A stretch of DNA of 64,000 nt from Candidatus Latescibacterota bacterium (GCA_965200315.1 OZ241362.1:2784001-2848000), one strand, 5' to 3'. Shown: positions 27,411 to 37,793, counted from the first letter of the stretch. Program-made: numbers and translations. The notes: generated by a model not told the origin, from the letters alone.

Positions 27411-28703
27411 ATGCTGATTCGCGGAAAGTGGGGCCTCCTCGCCCTGCTAGCTTTTGTTTTTTTCGCAGTCCCCAATACTGCCTTCGCCCAAGACAAGCTC
27501 GACACCGGCGACACGGCTTGGATTCTGATTTCCACCGGCTTGGTTCTCTTTATGATGATCCCCGGCTTGGCCATGTTTTACGCCGGTTTGGTCCGCACCC
27601 GCAATGTGCTCTCGGTCTTTATGCACTGCTTTGGGATTGCAGCCCTGATCACGGTCTTGTGGACCATTTTCGGTTATAGCTTGGCCTTTACGGCCAGCAA
27701 CCCCTTTATCGGCAACCTGTCCAAGTCTTTTCTCAGCGGCGTTACTGTAGATAGCCTTTCGGGCACCATCCCGGAATTGCTGTTCTTCGTCTTCCAGATG
27801 ACGTTTGCCATCATCACCCCTGGGCTTTTTGTCGGTGCCTTTGCCGAGCGCATGAAGTTTTCGGCCGTGCTGTGGTTCAGTGGGCTGTGGTGCGTTTTGG
27901 TCTATCTGCCCATCACGCACATGGTCTGGGGAGAGGGCGGCTACTTGGGTGCAATGGGCGTCTTTGACTTTGCTGGCGGCATCGTCGTCCACATCACTGC
28001 CGGAGCAGCCGCGTTGGTCGCCGCGATCCTCGTCGGCAAGCGCACCGGCTATCCCGAGCAGCCCATGCCCCCGCACAACATGACCATGAATCTCGTCGGC
28101 ACGGCCATGCTCTGGGTGGGGTGGTTCGGCTTCAATGGCGGCAGTGCCTTGGCGGCGAATGGGCAGGCGGCTATGGCGGTCGTAGTCACCCAGATCTCGC
28201 CCAGCGTCGCGGCACTGACGTGGATTTTTATCGAATGGATCAAAAACGGCAAACCAAGTGCGCTCGGTTTTGCCACTGGTGCCATCGCCGGGCTGGCAGC
28301 CATTACCCCGGCTTCCGGGACAGTGGGGCCGCTCGGCGCTTTTGCCATCGGCCTGTGCTCCGGTGTCGTCGCTTATTGGGCCGCCACTTGGCTCAAGCGC
28401 ACCTGCGGGTACGACGACGCGCTCGACGTAGTAGGGGTTCACGGCTTCGGCGGCTTGGTCGGAGTTTTGCTGGTGTCCTTCTTCGCCTCGACCTCTTTGG
28501 GTGGCACCGTCGAGGGCCTCAACATGGGCAAGCAATTCGGCATCCAAGCCTTCGCCGCTGTCGTCACAGCCGTTTACACTCTGATCGTCTCGTTTATCAT
28601 TCTCAAGGTCATCGACTCAGTCAGCGGCCTGCGGGTAGATGAAGAGACCGAGGCCGACGGACTCGATGTGGGCGAGCACGGCGAAGTGGGATACGACCTG
28701 TAG
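27411..28703 (+). CDS. amtB: Ammonium transporter
   Basis: PGLAMFYAG, FQMTFAIIT, DFAGGIVVH, WVGWFGFNGGS, AITP, DDALDVVGVHG and GLD..EHGE. Confidence 0.95.
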   Translation: MLIRGKWGLLALLAFVFFAVPNTAFAQDKLDTGDTAWILISTGLVLFMMIPGLAMFYAGLVRTRNVLSVFMHCFGIAALITVLWTIFGYSLAFTASNPFIGNLSKSFLSGVTVDSLSGTIPELLFFVFQMTFAIITPGLFVGAFAERMKFSAVLWFSGLWCVLVYLPITHMVWGEGGYLGAMGVFDFAGGIVVHITAGAAALVAAILVGKRTGYPEQPMPPHNMTMNLVGTAMLWVGWFGFNGGSALAANGQAAMAVVVTQISPSVAALTWIFIEWIKNGKPSALGFATGAIAGLAAITPASGTVGPLGAFAIGLCSGVVAYWAATWLKRTCGYDDALDVVGVHGFGGLVGVLLVSFFASTSLGGTVEGLNMGKQFGIQAFAAVVTAVYTLIVSFIILKVIDSVSGLRVDEETEADGLDVGEHGEVGYDL

Positions 28704-28741
28704 TTCGCGGCCCAATAGCTCGCCGCTTGGATGGGGCTCCT

Positions 28742-29584
28742 ATGGATGCTTCTTGCTTGCAGTACGCGTTGACCGAGGCCGAACGCCTAGAGTTCTCCCA
28801 GCGCGGCTACGTTGTCTTCGACGAGATGCTGCCTCCCGACGTGGTTGACCCACTAGTGGAAGTCTCCGACCGGATTGACGCGGAGGAACGCCAAAAGCGC
28901 GGCGTCGGCCCCTACGACCGGCTGACCGTCCGCGACATGGTTTGGCGCGACGAACGCTACCTAGCCTTGGTCGATTGGCCCCGAGCACTGCCCAAGGTCT
29001 GGGGAACCCTCGGCTGGAATATCCAGATTTACCACACCGTCCTCGCCTACAGTCCGGCCGCCGAGCCTAACAACTGCCAAGTCAAGATGCAGGGCTGGCA
29101 CCAAGACTCGGACCGCGTCAACCACGAGATCGAGTCCATCCCCCGGCCGCGGATTTCGGTCAAGATGGCCTATTTCCTCAGCGACTGTTCGGCAGCAGGC
29201 CGCGCCAATTTCTGGGTCGTGCCCGGCAGCCATGTGCTGGCCGAGTATGACATCCCCGACGACGGCTCTTTGCCCCGCAACGCCGTCCCCGTGTTGGTGC
29301 CGCAGGGCGGGGCTGTGCTCTTCGACCGTCGGATTTGGCACTCGGCCAGTTCCAATGTCTCCGCTGTTGCCCGCAAAGTGCTTTTCTACGGCTACTCCTA
29401 TCGCTGGCTCCGCCCCCGCGACGACCAGACCGTCGAACACCTTTTTGAGCACTCTGACCCGATTCGCCGCCAGCTATTGGGGTATGCGCCTACCGGCGGC
29501 TACGGTTACACCTCGCCTACCGATGAGGACGTTCCACTGCGCGTCTTTCTGCGCCAACATCTCGGGGCCGAAGCCGCCTCCTGA
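28742..29584 (+). CDS. PhyH family dioxygenase
   Basis: WHQD, VVPGSH, FDRRIWH and YGYSYRWLRP. Confidence 0.85.
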   Translation: MDASCLQYALTEAERLEFSQRGYVVFDEMLPPDVVDPLVEVSDRIDAEERQKRGVGPYDRLTVRDMVWRDERYLALVDWPRALPKVWGTLGWNIQIYHTVLAYSPAAEPNNCQVKMQGWHQDSDRVNHEIESIPRPRISVKMAYFLSDCSAAGRANFWVVPGSHVLAEYDIPDDGSLPRNAVPVLVPQGGAVLFDRRIWHSASSNVSAVARKVLFYGYSYRWLRPRDDQTVEHLFEHSDPIRRQLLGYAPTGGYGYTSPTDEDVPLRVFLRQHLGAEAAS

Positions 29585-30606
29585 TGCGGGCGTTGGTAAC
29601 TGGCGGCACCGGCTTTGTCGGAGGTGCCTTGGTCCGCGCCCTCGTCGCTAGCGGCGCACAAATCCGGGTGCTGGCGCGGCCCGCTAGTCAGACCGAGGCG
29701 CTGGAGACTTTGGGCGTCGAAATCGTCCGCGGCGACATCCTCGTTCGTGCGAGCATCGAAGCCGCGCTCGCAGGTTGCGATACCCTCTTCCACGCCGCAG
29801 CCCTCTACGACCTGTGGGGGTTGGACGAGGCCGAACTCTTGGCCACTGAAACCGAGGGGACCCGCAACGCCATGGCGGCGGCGTTGGCAGTCGGCGTCGC
29901 CAAGGTCGTCTATACCAGTACCGCTGTCTGTCTCGGCGAGGCCAAAGGCCACGTTGCCACCGAAACAACAGTCCATCGCGGCTACTTTCTCTCCAGTTAT
30001 GAAAAGGCCAAACGCGCAGCCGAGCAGGTGGCGTTCTCGTATGCAGACAAAGGAGTGCCGCTCGTCTGCGTCCAGCCCGCTGCCATCTACGGTCCGGGCG
30101 ACCGCAAACCCTCCGGGCGCTTTATCATTAACCTGCTCAACGGTCGGGTTCCCGCGCTCTTTCCCGGCTGGATGAGCTTGGTGTACATTGACGACGCAGC
30201 TCGGGGGCACGTGCTGGCGGCTAAAAATGGCCGCGTCGGGGAGCGCTACATACTCGCGGGCACTGTCGGCAAACTCACCGAACTCGGCCAGCAGGTCTGT
30301 CGCTTAGCCGGACGCTGGTCGCCGCCGACCATTCCCGCTCTGCTGGCGGCCCCCTACGCGCTCGGCGGCGAGGCCCTTTCGCGCCTGACCCGCAGACCGC
30401 CGGTTCTGTCGTGGGAAACCTACCGACTCGCCGCGCACGGTTTTCGCGCCGATGGAAGCCGTGTCACCGAGGAGTTGGGCCTAGTCTACACGGACCAAGA
30501 AGAAGGGTTGACGCGGACGATCAATTGGTACTGGGAGCAGGGCTTGCTTAGACGCCGTCCGGCTTGTTTTCGCACAAGGAACCCGCAAAACGCCGATCAT
30601 CGGTAG
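29584..30606 (+). CDS. NAD-dependent epimerase/dehydratase (dihydroflavonol reductase/HpnA-like)
   Basis: LVTGGTGFVGG, HAAA, YTST, YEKAK and IYGPGD. Confidence 0.88.
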   Translation: MRALVTGGTGFVGGALVRALVASGAQIRVLARPASQTEALETLGVEIVRGDILVRASIEAALAGCDTLFHAAALYDLWGLDEAELLATETEGTRNAMAAALAVGVAKVVYTSTAVCLGEAKGHVATETTVHRGYFLSSYEKAKRAAEQVAFSYADKGVPLVCVQPAAIYGPGDRKPSGRFIINLLNGRVPALFPGWMSLVYIDDAARGHVLAAKNGRVGERYILAGTVGKLTELGQQVCRLAGRWSPPTIPALLAAPYALGGEALSRLTRRPPVLSWETYRLAAHGFRADGSRVTEELGLVYTDQEEGLTRTINWYWEQGLLRRRPACFRTRNPQNADHR

Positions 30607-30639
30607 GCAATGTCGTTGGGTGGGCTGCTAATTCTCTGC

Positions 30640-31082
30640 TCACAACGGAGCGCGACAAGTACCACTTTCAAAAGTGGGCCGTTGAACTTGCCGAGGGCTT
30701 TGTAACGGCGAAACGATCCGCAGATGGCGGTATTGATGGCCGGATTTACTTTGATGGTGATAATACCGAGGATTTGGAAAGCATGATCTTGGAAGTGAAG
30801 GGGGGTAGGACGGTATCACAAGCCGATCTGCGCGGGCTGCGCGGTGCGCGGGCCGATAGTAGCGCATTGTTGGGGGGGCTTATTGTCCTACATCCACTTG
30901 GGCAACGACAAGAAACGAATTTCAAGCGCTAGATGGCGCGGGCCGGTACGGTGTCGATTAGAGGCCGGAAGTATCCCAAGCTACAACTCAGGACCGTAGA
31001 GCAAATACTAGCCGGTGAGAACTTCGATACGCCGCCGGTACTAGGCCGTCAGCAGAAGGCGCAACAACAACTTGACCTTTAG
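30640..31082 (+). pseudogene. C-terminal remnant of a methyltransferase-restriction (Mrr-like) fusion
   Basis: DKYHFQKWAV...ADGGIDGR...LEVKGG; in-frame TAG at 30930-30932, then YPKLQLRTVEQIL; N-terminus missing. Confidence 0.65.
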
Positions 31083-31163
31083 GACAAAGCCCCTATCATT
31101 GCCATTAGTAATGGCGTCCGTCCAACAGGATGCGTCCCATCCATCACCGTAGGAGGAATCCCT

Positions 31164-32660
31164 ATGTTCCGCATCATCGCCGCTTTTATCGCCTTCGTCT
31201 TGGTCGCCTGCGACCGCGACGCGCCAACGCAGCCCACAGGAGGAGCGGGCAAAGCCAACTGTCCGTTGTGCGAATACTTAGGAGATAGTAAATACACGAT
31301 TCCCGACGGGGTAACCGTACCCGAAAACGAACCCGACAGCACCGCTACCGACCCCTCACAGGACGAATCTCCCGACACCGTTACCGACCCCTCACAAGAT
31401 GAATCCCCAGAAAACATCGACCCCCCACAAATTGACCCCCCACAAAACTACGCTCTGAGTACACCTCCTCCGACTTGGGTATTTGCAGGAGATGTACCGA
31501 ATTCCGAACGGATTGAGCTCCAAGAGGAGATGGAGGCCGCCCGCGCTTTCTTCGCCGAGCGGTACGGCGTCGAGGCAACCGACTTTACCGTGCTGGTCGC
31601 TACCGACAATGAAGCTCTCGCCCCGGTGTTCCGGGATGCAACCGGCATGGACCTTGGGTATGACTACCCAATCTGGTCGCGTCACAGCGGCGGAGAGGAA
31701 CCGGCGGCACTTCCATTGCCTTTTGTTGAGATTGCCAATAACGGCAGGGGTGTCGTGGTGCTTACGTACGGGAAACACGCTTTCTCTACTCTCAAGGAAG
31801 CCATCGTCCATGAGTACTTCCACGTTTTACAGAACGATCTCGCTCCAAGCACCAAGTTCGACGCACCCTTCTGGATGGTGGAAGGCACGGCCATGTATGC
31901 CGAATACGTGTACAGCCAATCAGGGCCGGACCGACGGCCTTTTTTTGATATGTACTCCCCCTACAGAGACTTAGGGGAGGCGATTAATGAGTTTGAGATA
32001 ATGACTCCGAGTGAATTGGAGAGATTAGACTCCGTGGAGGCTTTCCGCTCCGGCAAGCTCCACATCATTTACACCTATGCTATGGCCTTCGCTGGGTTGT
32101 ATTTTTTGGTCGAGCAAGCGGAGGAGGACTCGTACCTGAGGTATTGGGAGTTACTCAATGACCGCCCGCCCAATCAGGCATTTGAGGACGCCTTCGGCAT
32201 TGGCCTTGAAGACTTCTACGGGGCATTCGAGGAGTGGCTGCCCTCCCAGCTCCCCTCCCAAGTCCAGCTATCGGTGTTACTCCGCTGGCCAGGCAAGGAA
32301 GCCCCAGATCCGCGGGCCTCTGTCGCTCCTGTCTTCCCCAAAACAAATCCCGTAGACGTAAATATGGGTTGGATGTGGGGGGGTATGGATATGATAAATG
32401 GTAATGGTGTTCATACAATCATAGCTTCTGCTTCTGCCGAGGACTCTTTAGCAATTTATCTAGCACTCGAGAGGTGGTCGCTAGACGAATGCACGGTATA
32501 TACCCTTGGTTGGTACAAGGATGGCGGATGGACGGATCAGTTTACAGAAGCGACGCTAGTTGAGTTCTCTGGCCCAACAAGCATTGAGTGGACACTCCCC
32601 GCACACCCGGACGAGCTTCCGCCACTGGCCGAGCAGCCGACGATGCTTTGCGCTCCTTAG
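31164..32660 (+). CDS. Lipoprotein with a zincin-like HExxH metallopeptidase domain
   Basis: aggagg RBS, LVAC lipobox, CPLC, Pro/Asp-rich repeats and HEYFH...WMVEGTA. Confidence 0.7.
   Translation: MFRIIAAFIAFVLVACDRDAPTQPTGGAGKANCPLCEYLGDSKYTIPDGVTVPENEPDSTATDPSQDESPDTVTDPSQDESPENIDPPQIDPPQNYALSTPPPTWVFAGDVPNSERIELQEEMEAARAFFAERYGVEATDFTVLVATDNEALAPVFRDATGMDLGYDYPIWSRHSGGEEPAALPLPFVEIANNGRGVVVLTYGKHAFSTLKEAIVHEYFHVLQNDLAPSTKFDAPFWMVEGTAMYAEYVYSQSGPDRRPFFDMYSPYRDLGEAINEFEIMTPSELERLDSVEAFRSGKLHIIYTYAMAFAGLYFLVEQAEEDSYLRYWELLNDRPPNQAFEDAFGIGLEDFYGAFEEWLPSQLPSQVQLSVLLRWPGKEAPDPRASVAPVFPKTNPVDVNMGWMWGGMDMINGNGVHTIIASASAEDSLAIYLALERWSLDECTVYTLGWYKDGGWTDQFTEATLVEFSGPTSIEWTLPAHPDELPPLAEQPTMLCAP
31341..31445 (+). 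repeat. Intragenic tandem repeats (2x36 nt, 2x15 nt)
   Basis: TATDPSQDESPD/TVTDPSQDESPE followed by IDPPQ x2. Confidence 0.8.
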
Positions 32661-32726
32661 TGTCCGCGTCCGAGATCGCTTAGTTTTTCTAGGGTCATTA
32701 CTGCTCTTTGCCAGTGGTGACCATCT

Positions 32727-32761
32727 GGCCGCTCAGAGCCTCATTCTGAGCGGCCTTTTTT
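32727..32761 (+). terminator. Rho-independent terminator
   Basis: ggccgctcaga-gcctcat-tctgagcggcc followed by a T run. Confidence 0.75.
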
Positions 32762-32795
32762 CTCCCAGCGGCGTGGTAGCGGCTAGCAACCGGAC

Positions 32796-33455
32796 CTATC
32801 CGCTCAGTGCCGAGGGGCTGTCGCGGTGCCGCCCGTCAGGCACGTTCTCGTTTGACAATGCGGTAGCGAGACTCGTGTCCGCGTAGGCGGGGTCCTCTAG
32901 TGAGTAACGTGCCCAGTGCTCGAGTTCCGCGTGGGCATGGAGGACCTCGGGATGCTGAAGGGTCTCCGCATCGAGTGAATCCAGAAATGCCAGCCCCTCT
33001 TCCACGCTTTTGGACTTAAGCGCCTGTAGGTGCGTCGCAGCGAACTCTGGATGGGGCAGCAGCTTCCAAGCGCGCAGGCTGGGCACTGCCGCCTCCGAGT
33101 GCTTCCAGTTCGCCAAAAACGCCTGCGCCTGTGTATAGAGCCCCCATGGGTTATCCGGCTCCCGTTCCAAGATCGCGTCGGCTTGCTCTTGGATCTCTTT
33201 ATGCCCGTGGATCTGCCCGTGCAACTGACGCGCGTAGAGCGCCCGTAGCTCAGCGTCCTCGGGCGCACGATCCAACCATTCCCGGGCGAGTATAGCTCCT
33301 GCTTCAAACGACCACAGCCGATTGTGCTCGCGCAGCTTCGCTTTGGCTGCTTCCAGCTCTTGGGGCGAGTAGCGCTGCTCGGTCCTGCAGCTAGCACAGA
33401 CCGCGAGAACAACCAAGAAGCCGATGATCAAATGAATTGGAAATCGATACGGCAT
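32796..33455 (-). CDS. TPR-like helical lipoprotein, probably C-terminally truncated
   Basis: Signal peptide ending ...CASC; helical repeats (ILEREPDNPWGLY); tail after ADTSLA looks non-homologous. Confidence 0.5.
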   Translation of the reverse strand: MPYRFPIHLIIGFLVVLAVCASCRTEQRYSPQELEAAKAKLREHNRLWSFEAGAILAREWLDRAPEDAELRALYARQLHGQIHGHKEIQEQADAILEREPDNPWGLYTQAQAFLANWKHSEAAVPSLRAWKLLPHPEFAATHLQALKSKSVEEGLAFLDSLDAETLQHPEVLHAHAELEHWARYSLEDPAYADTSLATALSNENVPDGRHRDSPSALSG

Positions 33456-33555
33456 GAGGTCCCTCCGAGTGAGGTGTGCGAAATTACCGCGCCTCGGGCC
33501 AATCCAACCAGCCAATCGCCCGCTGGAAATACTCTAAATGGACGGCTCGTTCCAT

Positions 33556-34207
33556 CTAGTATCTCACCAATTCGCGGTCTCCGTAGTGGGCATCGAATTG
33601 GTAGAGATGCCCAAGGCGCGTGAATGGCTGAACGACGAACTGAGCATTCGGCCCGCCGGCAACTCCCCAGTAGGACAGCTCAATGTCGATCTCGCGATAA
33701 CTCTGCTGGGAGGCCAAGTCATCCCACGTGAAGAAACCGAACACTACGCGGGGATCGAAATCCTCGGCTTCCGCACGGAGCGCAATGCGATAGGTCCCAT
33801 AGCCAAAGGTCCTGTCGGAGATGACCTCGGTCGCCTGCCAGCCTTCTTCGCGCTGCGCCAGAGTGAGGTGGAGACCCTCTCCATCGGACCAAAGTACCGT
33901 CCGGCTCAATGACGGTTGCCGGTTCGGCGAACGTCGGCTTGGTCCACCAGCCACCGCCGACGTGGATATAGACGGCCACCCGGTGGGCTGCGGGCTCGAC
34001 CTCATGTACTCGCCCTTCGAGAAGGAGCTCCCTGTCTCCCCAAACCGGGATCTCCGTCACCGCAATCGCCTGCCCCTGCTGAACCCTAAGAGAAGGGTGC
34101 TCTGGAGGTGCTGACGCTGCGACGCGAGCCAAAGCCAGAACCAGAATGCCAACTCGAAAGACGGCAATACTCAACAAAAGGTTGTAAGCTGTTTTGAGCT
34201 TCTGCAA
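33556..34207 (-). pseudogene. Glycoside hydrolase family 16 remnant (split and truncated)
   Basis: N-part (WWTKPTF) and C-part (GYGTY...VFGFFTW...REIDIELSYWG) lie in different frames joined near 33893; stops early. Confidence 0.7.
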
Positions 34208-34270
34208 AGGACAAATCCTGAGAACGTAGGTGGACTTTTCACGTGGATCGTTTGTGGACTCAGACCCTTT

Positions 34271-35365
34271 TCACTGTGCAGAACCCGTTTGCAAAAACGC
34301 ATTTAAGGTATCTAAGTCCATGCCCTCAATGCCCAGTTCGCGCACACTCCGCCCCGTGCCCCACCCATCAACCCCCATCACCACAGACCCGATATCCACC
34401 AACCCGCGCATCAAAGGCGCGTCCACGTCGTATTGCGCACCCACATCGTGCCAAGTTGAAAGACCGTATGGAATATCCTCGCTAAGCCAACGGCTCTCGA
34501 GCGACCGAGGCGCTTTGAGTTGCGTGAGCATTAGGCTGCCATTAATCGTTGCCCACAAATCCCCCCGAGGGCCAAAACCCGCACGGTAAAACGCTTCATC
34601 GGCCGATACGAGATCGTAACCCAAAGCTGTTGCGATGGCCCTCCGCTCTGCATCCACGGCCATGATCGTCTTTGCCACCGATGGGGATACCCCTTCTTCG
34701 TAGAAATAGAACTCACCGTGCGAATATTCGATTCGTCCTGCGTTCATCAACACACCCGCAGGATGCACGACCGGATTCATCGCGGCCAAACCACAGGCCA
34801 TCGCGGTGGGATAGGTCTGAATGCCCGGGAACAGCGACGACAGACGAGCGCGCACGCGATCTGTTTCTGTCGCTGGCAACACCCCCAAACCCAAGCCCGT
34901 CACGGCTCCCCAAATCGTCGCGGTATCCGGCGCTGTTTTCCGACACACATAAGGCGCGGTATCCACCTCCGCAAGCGCGATCTCTGCTACTCCTTGGTCG
35001 CTCAATAGCGTCGCCCATTCCAACGTGCCCAATGTGCCCGGCATCAGCACGACTACATGTTCGGGTCTGAGATAGGGGGCGCAAGCAATGGCAAATGGTT
35101 TGTGGGCATACGCCGGCACGATTAGCAGGATTAAGTCAGACGCATTCAGAGCCGCTTCAATATCCGTGGTCATGCAGTGAATTTTTGCGGCTCCCGTCTC
35201 TTCGACCCCCACCAAGTGAATCACGCCTTGATCGCTCACCGGATCGAGCGTGTGCCCAAATTCTGGCAATTCGCAAAGCGTAATATCGAAACCTTTCAGG
35301 GTCAGATTTGCAGCCGTGGCAAATGCCGTATTGCCGCCGCCGAGAATGGTAATATGTTCGGACAT
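34271..35365 (-). CDS. NAD/NADP octopine/nopaline (opine) dehydrogenase family
   Basis: ILGGGNTA, NPVVHPAG, FYFYEEG, DAERRAI and RWLSEDIPYGL. Confidence 0.88.
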   Translation of the reverse strand: MSEHITILGGGNTAFATAANLTLKGFDITLCELPEFGHTLDPVSDQGVIHLVGVEETGAAKIHCMTTDIEAALNASDLILLIVPAYAHKPFAIACAPYLRPEHVVVLMPGTLGTLEWATLLSDQGVAEIALAEVDTAPYVCRKTAPDTATIWGAVTGLGLGVLPATETDRVRARLSSLFPGIQTYPTAMACGLAAMNPVVHPAGVLMNAGRIEYSHGEFYFYEEGVSPSVAKTIMAVDAERRAIATALGYDLVSADEAFYRAGFGPRGDLWATINGSLMLTQLKAPRSLESRWLSEDIPYGLSTWHDVGAQYDVDAPLMRGLVDIGSVVMGVDGWGTGRSVRELGIEGMDLDTLNAFLQTGSAQ

Positions 35366-35477
35366 GGAAGTATCCTTTTTTTGTCTTATACGACGTCTTC
35401 TGGCGACCGTCAGCGGGTTCCTGAGTCCATCGCCCTACTCATTAATTTAGCACGGCTTTTCGCCTGTGGTCGGATGC

Positions 35478-36920
35478 TCAGTAGAGGTCGTCTTTTGTCG
35501 TAATGGAGCACCAGCGCGAGTTGAAAAGTGAGCGAAGCAAAATATCCCGTGCGTCGGGCGTGTCAATTTGTTTTAACCCATAAGCGGCGTAAAATCGGTT
35601 GTAGCGGTTTTCGTCCTCGAGCATCTCGAGCAATGCCTCAAGCGCAATACAACCCGTTGCGCCGGACTTGGCCAAGGTTAGCGCGGCGTTGCGGCGCACT
35701 CGGTAGTCCCCATCGCCGAGTGCGTCTGTCAGGTCGGCAATCAGCTCATCAGAAAAAACGCCGATGGCACCCAAAGCCTCAATCGCATTGCGGCGCACCC
35801 ACCAGTGGCGATCGCTCATCGCCTTTCTCAGGGCGGGTTTGGCCTCCACTGCGCTCGCGCCCAAGCGTCCCAACACATGGGCGGCGACCGCTCGCACCCA
35901 CCAGTGCTCGTCGGACAACATCCCCACCAAAGCCCCTGCGGCCGGTTCGCCTATCAACGCCAATGCCAGTGCCGCACAACCACTCGTGGGATTGGTCCCG
36001 TGGGCATTGTCCGGCGTTTTGGCCTCGGTCTCTTCGATCGTGGCCAGTGCTTCCTCCCGCATGGCGGCGACGAGTTCGGGCACGGCCGGCGCACCAAACT
36101 CGGCTAGCCCATACGCCGCATCCAAGCGCTCGCACTCCGATCCGCGCTTTAAGACCGAGAGTAAATTCTTCAGATCGCCTTTTTGGGTCTGCTGCTTTTT
36201 TTCGGGCTTGCCGCACAACCAGTGCCAGACATCTCGCGATAGAGCCGGATGCCGATCCTCGATGCCGGGCGACCACGCACGACTTTGATGATCCCAAGTC
36301 GGTTTCTCTGGCTCCCGAGTACGAGCAAACTGAAACCTCAGCATATACCGATTTTTGGTACTGACATTCTCTGTTGCGCGATGCCAAGAATCAAAGTGAA
36401 TAAGCGCCACCGTCCCCGCAGGACCACAAAATGCCCGCGCTTCTTCCTGCGTTTGCTCAGGATCAGCAGCACTAATGGTTTTGTACATCTGCATCCCGGG
36501 CAACACCCCCGACGGCCCCATATCCTCTGTAGTATCTTGCGGAAAGTAAAAAGCGAGCACCCAATAAAATCTCGGATGTCGCAAATTGTGATCGTACACA
36601 TAACAATCCTTGTGCCATTGCTGTCCTCGTCGCCCGGGCGGATTCAAGTGGCAATGTCGATGGGGGTTCAAAATGTAATCTGGCCCCAATAAACTGGTCA
36701 GGGCACCCTGCACATTGGGGTGCTCAAACACGCGCCCGATTTGCGGAACCCGAGGCAAAATGTTATTTCCGGGATTGCCTTCTTTTGCAAAAACCACCTC
36801 AATCTGATCGCGAATACTGGCGTGAAATGAGGGGGGATAATCCGCCTGCACAGTAAGACATCCATCCACGATAAATCGCTGCACTTCTTCGTCGCTCAAC
36901 AACTGAATTGAATCCGCCAT
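35478..36920 (-). CDS. PhyH-like dioxygenase fused to HEAT/PBS-lyase repeats
   Basis: HRHCH, WHKD, HFDSWHR; repeated WWVR..A..ALG motifs. Confidence 0.8.
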   Translation of the reverse strand: MADSIQLLSDEEVQRFIVDGCLTVQADYPPSFHASIRDQIEVVFAKEGNPGNNILPRVPQIGRVFEHPNVQGALTSLLGPDYILNPHRHCHLNPPGRRGQQWHKDCYVYDHNLRHPRFYWVLAFYFPQDTTEDMGPSGVLPGMQMYKTISAADPEQTQEEARAFCGPAGTVALIHFDSWHRATENVSTKNRYMLRFQFARTREPEKPTWDHQSRAWSPGIEDRHPALSRDVWHWLCGKPEKKQQTQKGDLKNLLSVLKRGSECERLDAAYGLAEFGAPAVPELVAAMREEALATIEETEAKTPDNAHGTNPTSGCAALALALIGEPAAGALVGMLSDEHWWVRAVAAHVLGRLGASAVEAKPALRKAMSDRHWWVRRNAIEALGAIGVFSDELIADLTDALGDGDYRVRRNAALTLAKSGATGCIALEALLEMLEDENRYNRFYAAYGLKQIDTPDARDILLRSLFNSRWCSITTKDDLY

Positions 36921-36953
36921 AGGAAACTCCTCCGCTAAAAATTTCTACGATCG

Positions 36954-37730
36954 TCAATCGACCAAACCCCAGAGACGCTGCCGCGCCTCGGGCCAATCCG
37001 ACCAGCCGGGGTGCAGATGCTTCAGCACCGCCAAGTCGCGCTTGCGGCCGCCGGGCGGGAAGTAGTTCCAGCCCATGGCGCGACGCGGACCGGCAGCCGT
37101 TTTCACTCCGGTGGCATGCCAGCACGAGGGCGTCCACACCAAAGTCCACCGTGGGTCGAGGACGACCTCAACTTCGTTAGGATGGCGAGCGAAGCAGTGC
37201 GTCGGCACCCCGTCGTGGGTGCCGGTGGCCAGTTCAAGTTGTAGTAGTTCGGCCTCCACTTCTTCGCGGGGACGGTGCTGGCTGCCGGGTAGCACCCTCA
37301 GTGGTGCATTGCTGGCGTCGTGCCGATCAAGAGCAGTGCGGAAGGAGACCTGCTTCACTTCCGGCCCGCCGTCCACGTGCCAGTGGACCTGCCGCTGCGG
37401 TCGGCCATCGGCGCTGACAATTTTCGCGGCATCGCCGATGCCGCAGGCACCCACGTGTACCTCTTCGGCGTCTAGGAGCCGCTGCGCCGCCGCGACCAAC
37501 TCGGGCTGCTCCACCATCTGCAGCAGCGGCTCGCCGATCATCAGGAACTGGCAGGCCAGCCGATTGCAGCCCCCGGGGAACTCGGTGCGCTCCCACTCCG
37601 GCTCCGTCTCCTGCTGCCGAAAGTCGATCTGGCGCATGCCCGCGGCACCGAGGGGGTTGGGGATCAGGAAGAACCCGTTGCGCTCGAAGTGGGCGAGCTG
37701 TTCGTCGGTAATGTCGAGGGATTCGTCCAT
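36954..37730 (-). CDS. PhyH family dioxygenase
   Basis: FERNGF, WHVD, LRVLPGSQ and WHATG. Confidence 0.8.
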   Translation of the reverse strand: MDESLDITDEQLAHFERNGFFLIPNPLGAAGMRQIDFRQQETEPEWERTEFPGGCNRLACQFLMIGEPLLQMVEQPELVAAAQRLLDAEEVHVGACGIGDAAKIVSADGRPQRQVHWHVDGGPEVKQVSFRTALDRHDASNAPLRVLPGSQHRPREEVEAELLQLELATGTHDGVPTHCFARHPNEVEVVLDPRWTLVWTPSCWHATGVKTAAGPRRAMGWNYFPPGGRKRDLAVLKHLHPGWSDWPEARQRLWGLVD

Positions 37731-37736
37731 CAGGCA

Positions 37737-37793
37737 TTACAGGTCTAAATAATCGATCAAATCGAAGAAGCAGCGCTGTTCGGGGGTCGTCAT
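37737..37793 (-). pseudogene. N-terminal remnant of another PhyH gene
   Basis: MTTPEQRCFFDLIDYLDL* resembles the PhyH start at 9491 (RENYLFDLRGYLHL). Confidence 0.4.

Noticed and set aside
27447-28547. Long antisense ORFs (also 4112-5815, 47220-48086, 56235-57515)
   Set aside because: Shadow frames of well-supported genes in GC-rich DNA, with no motifs of their own.
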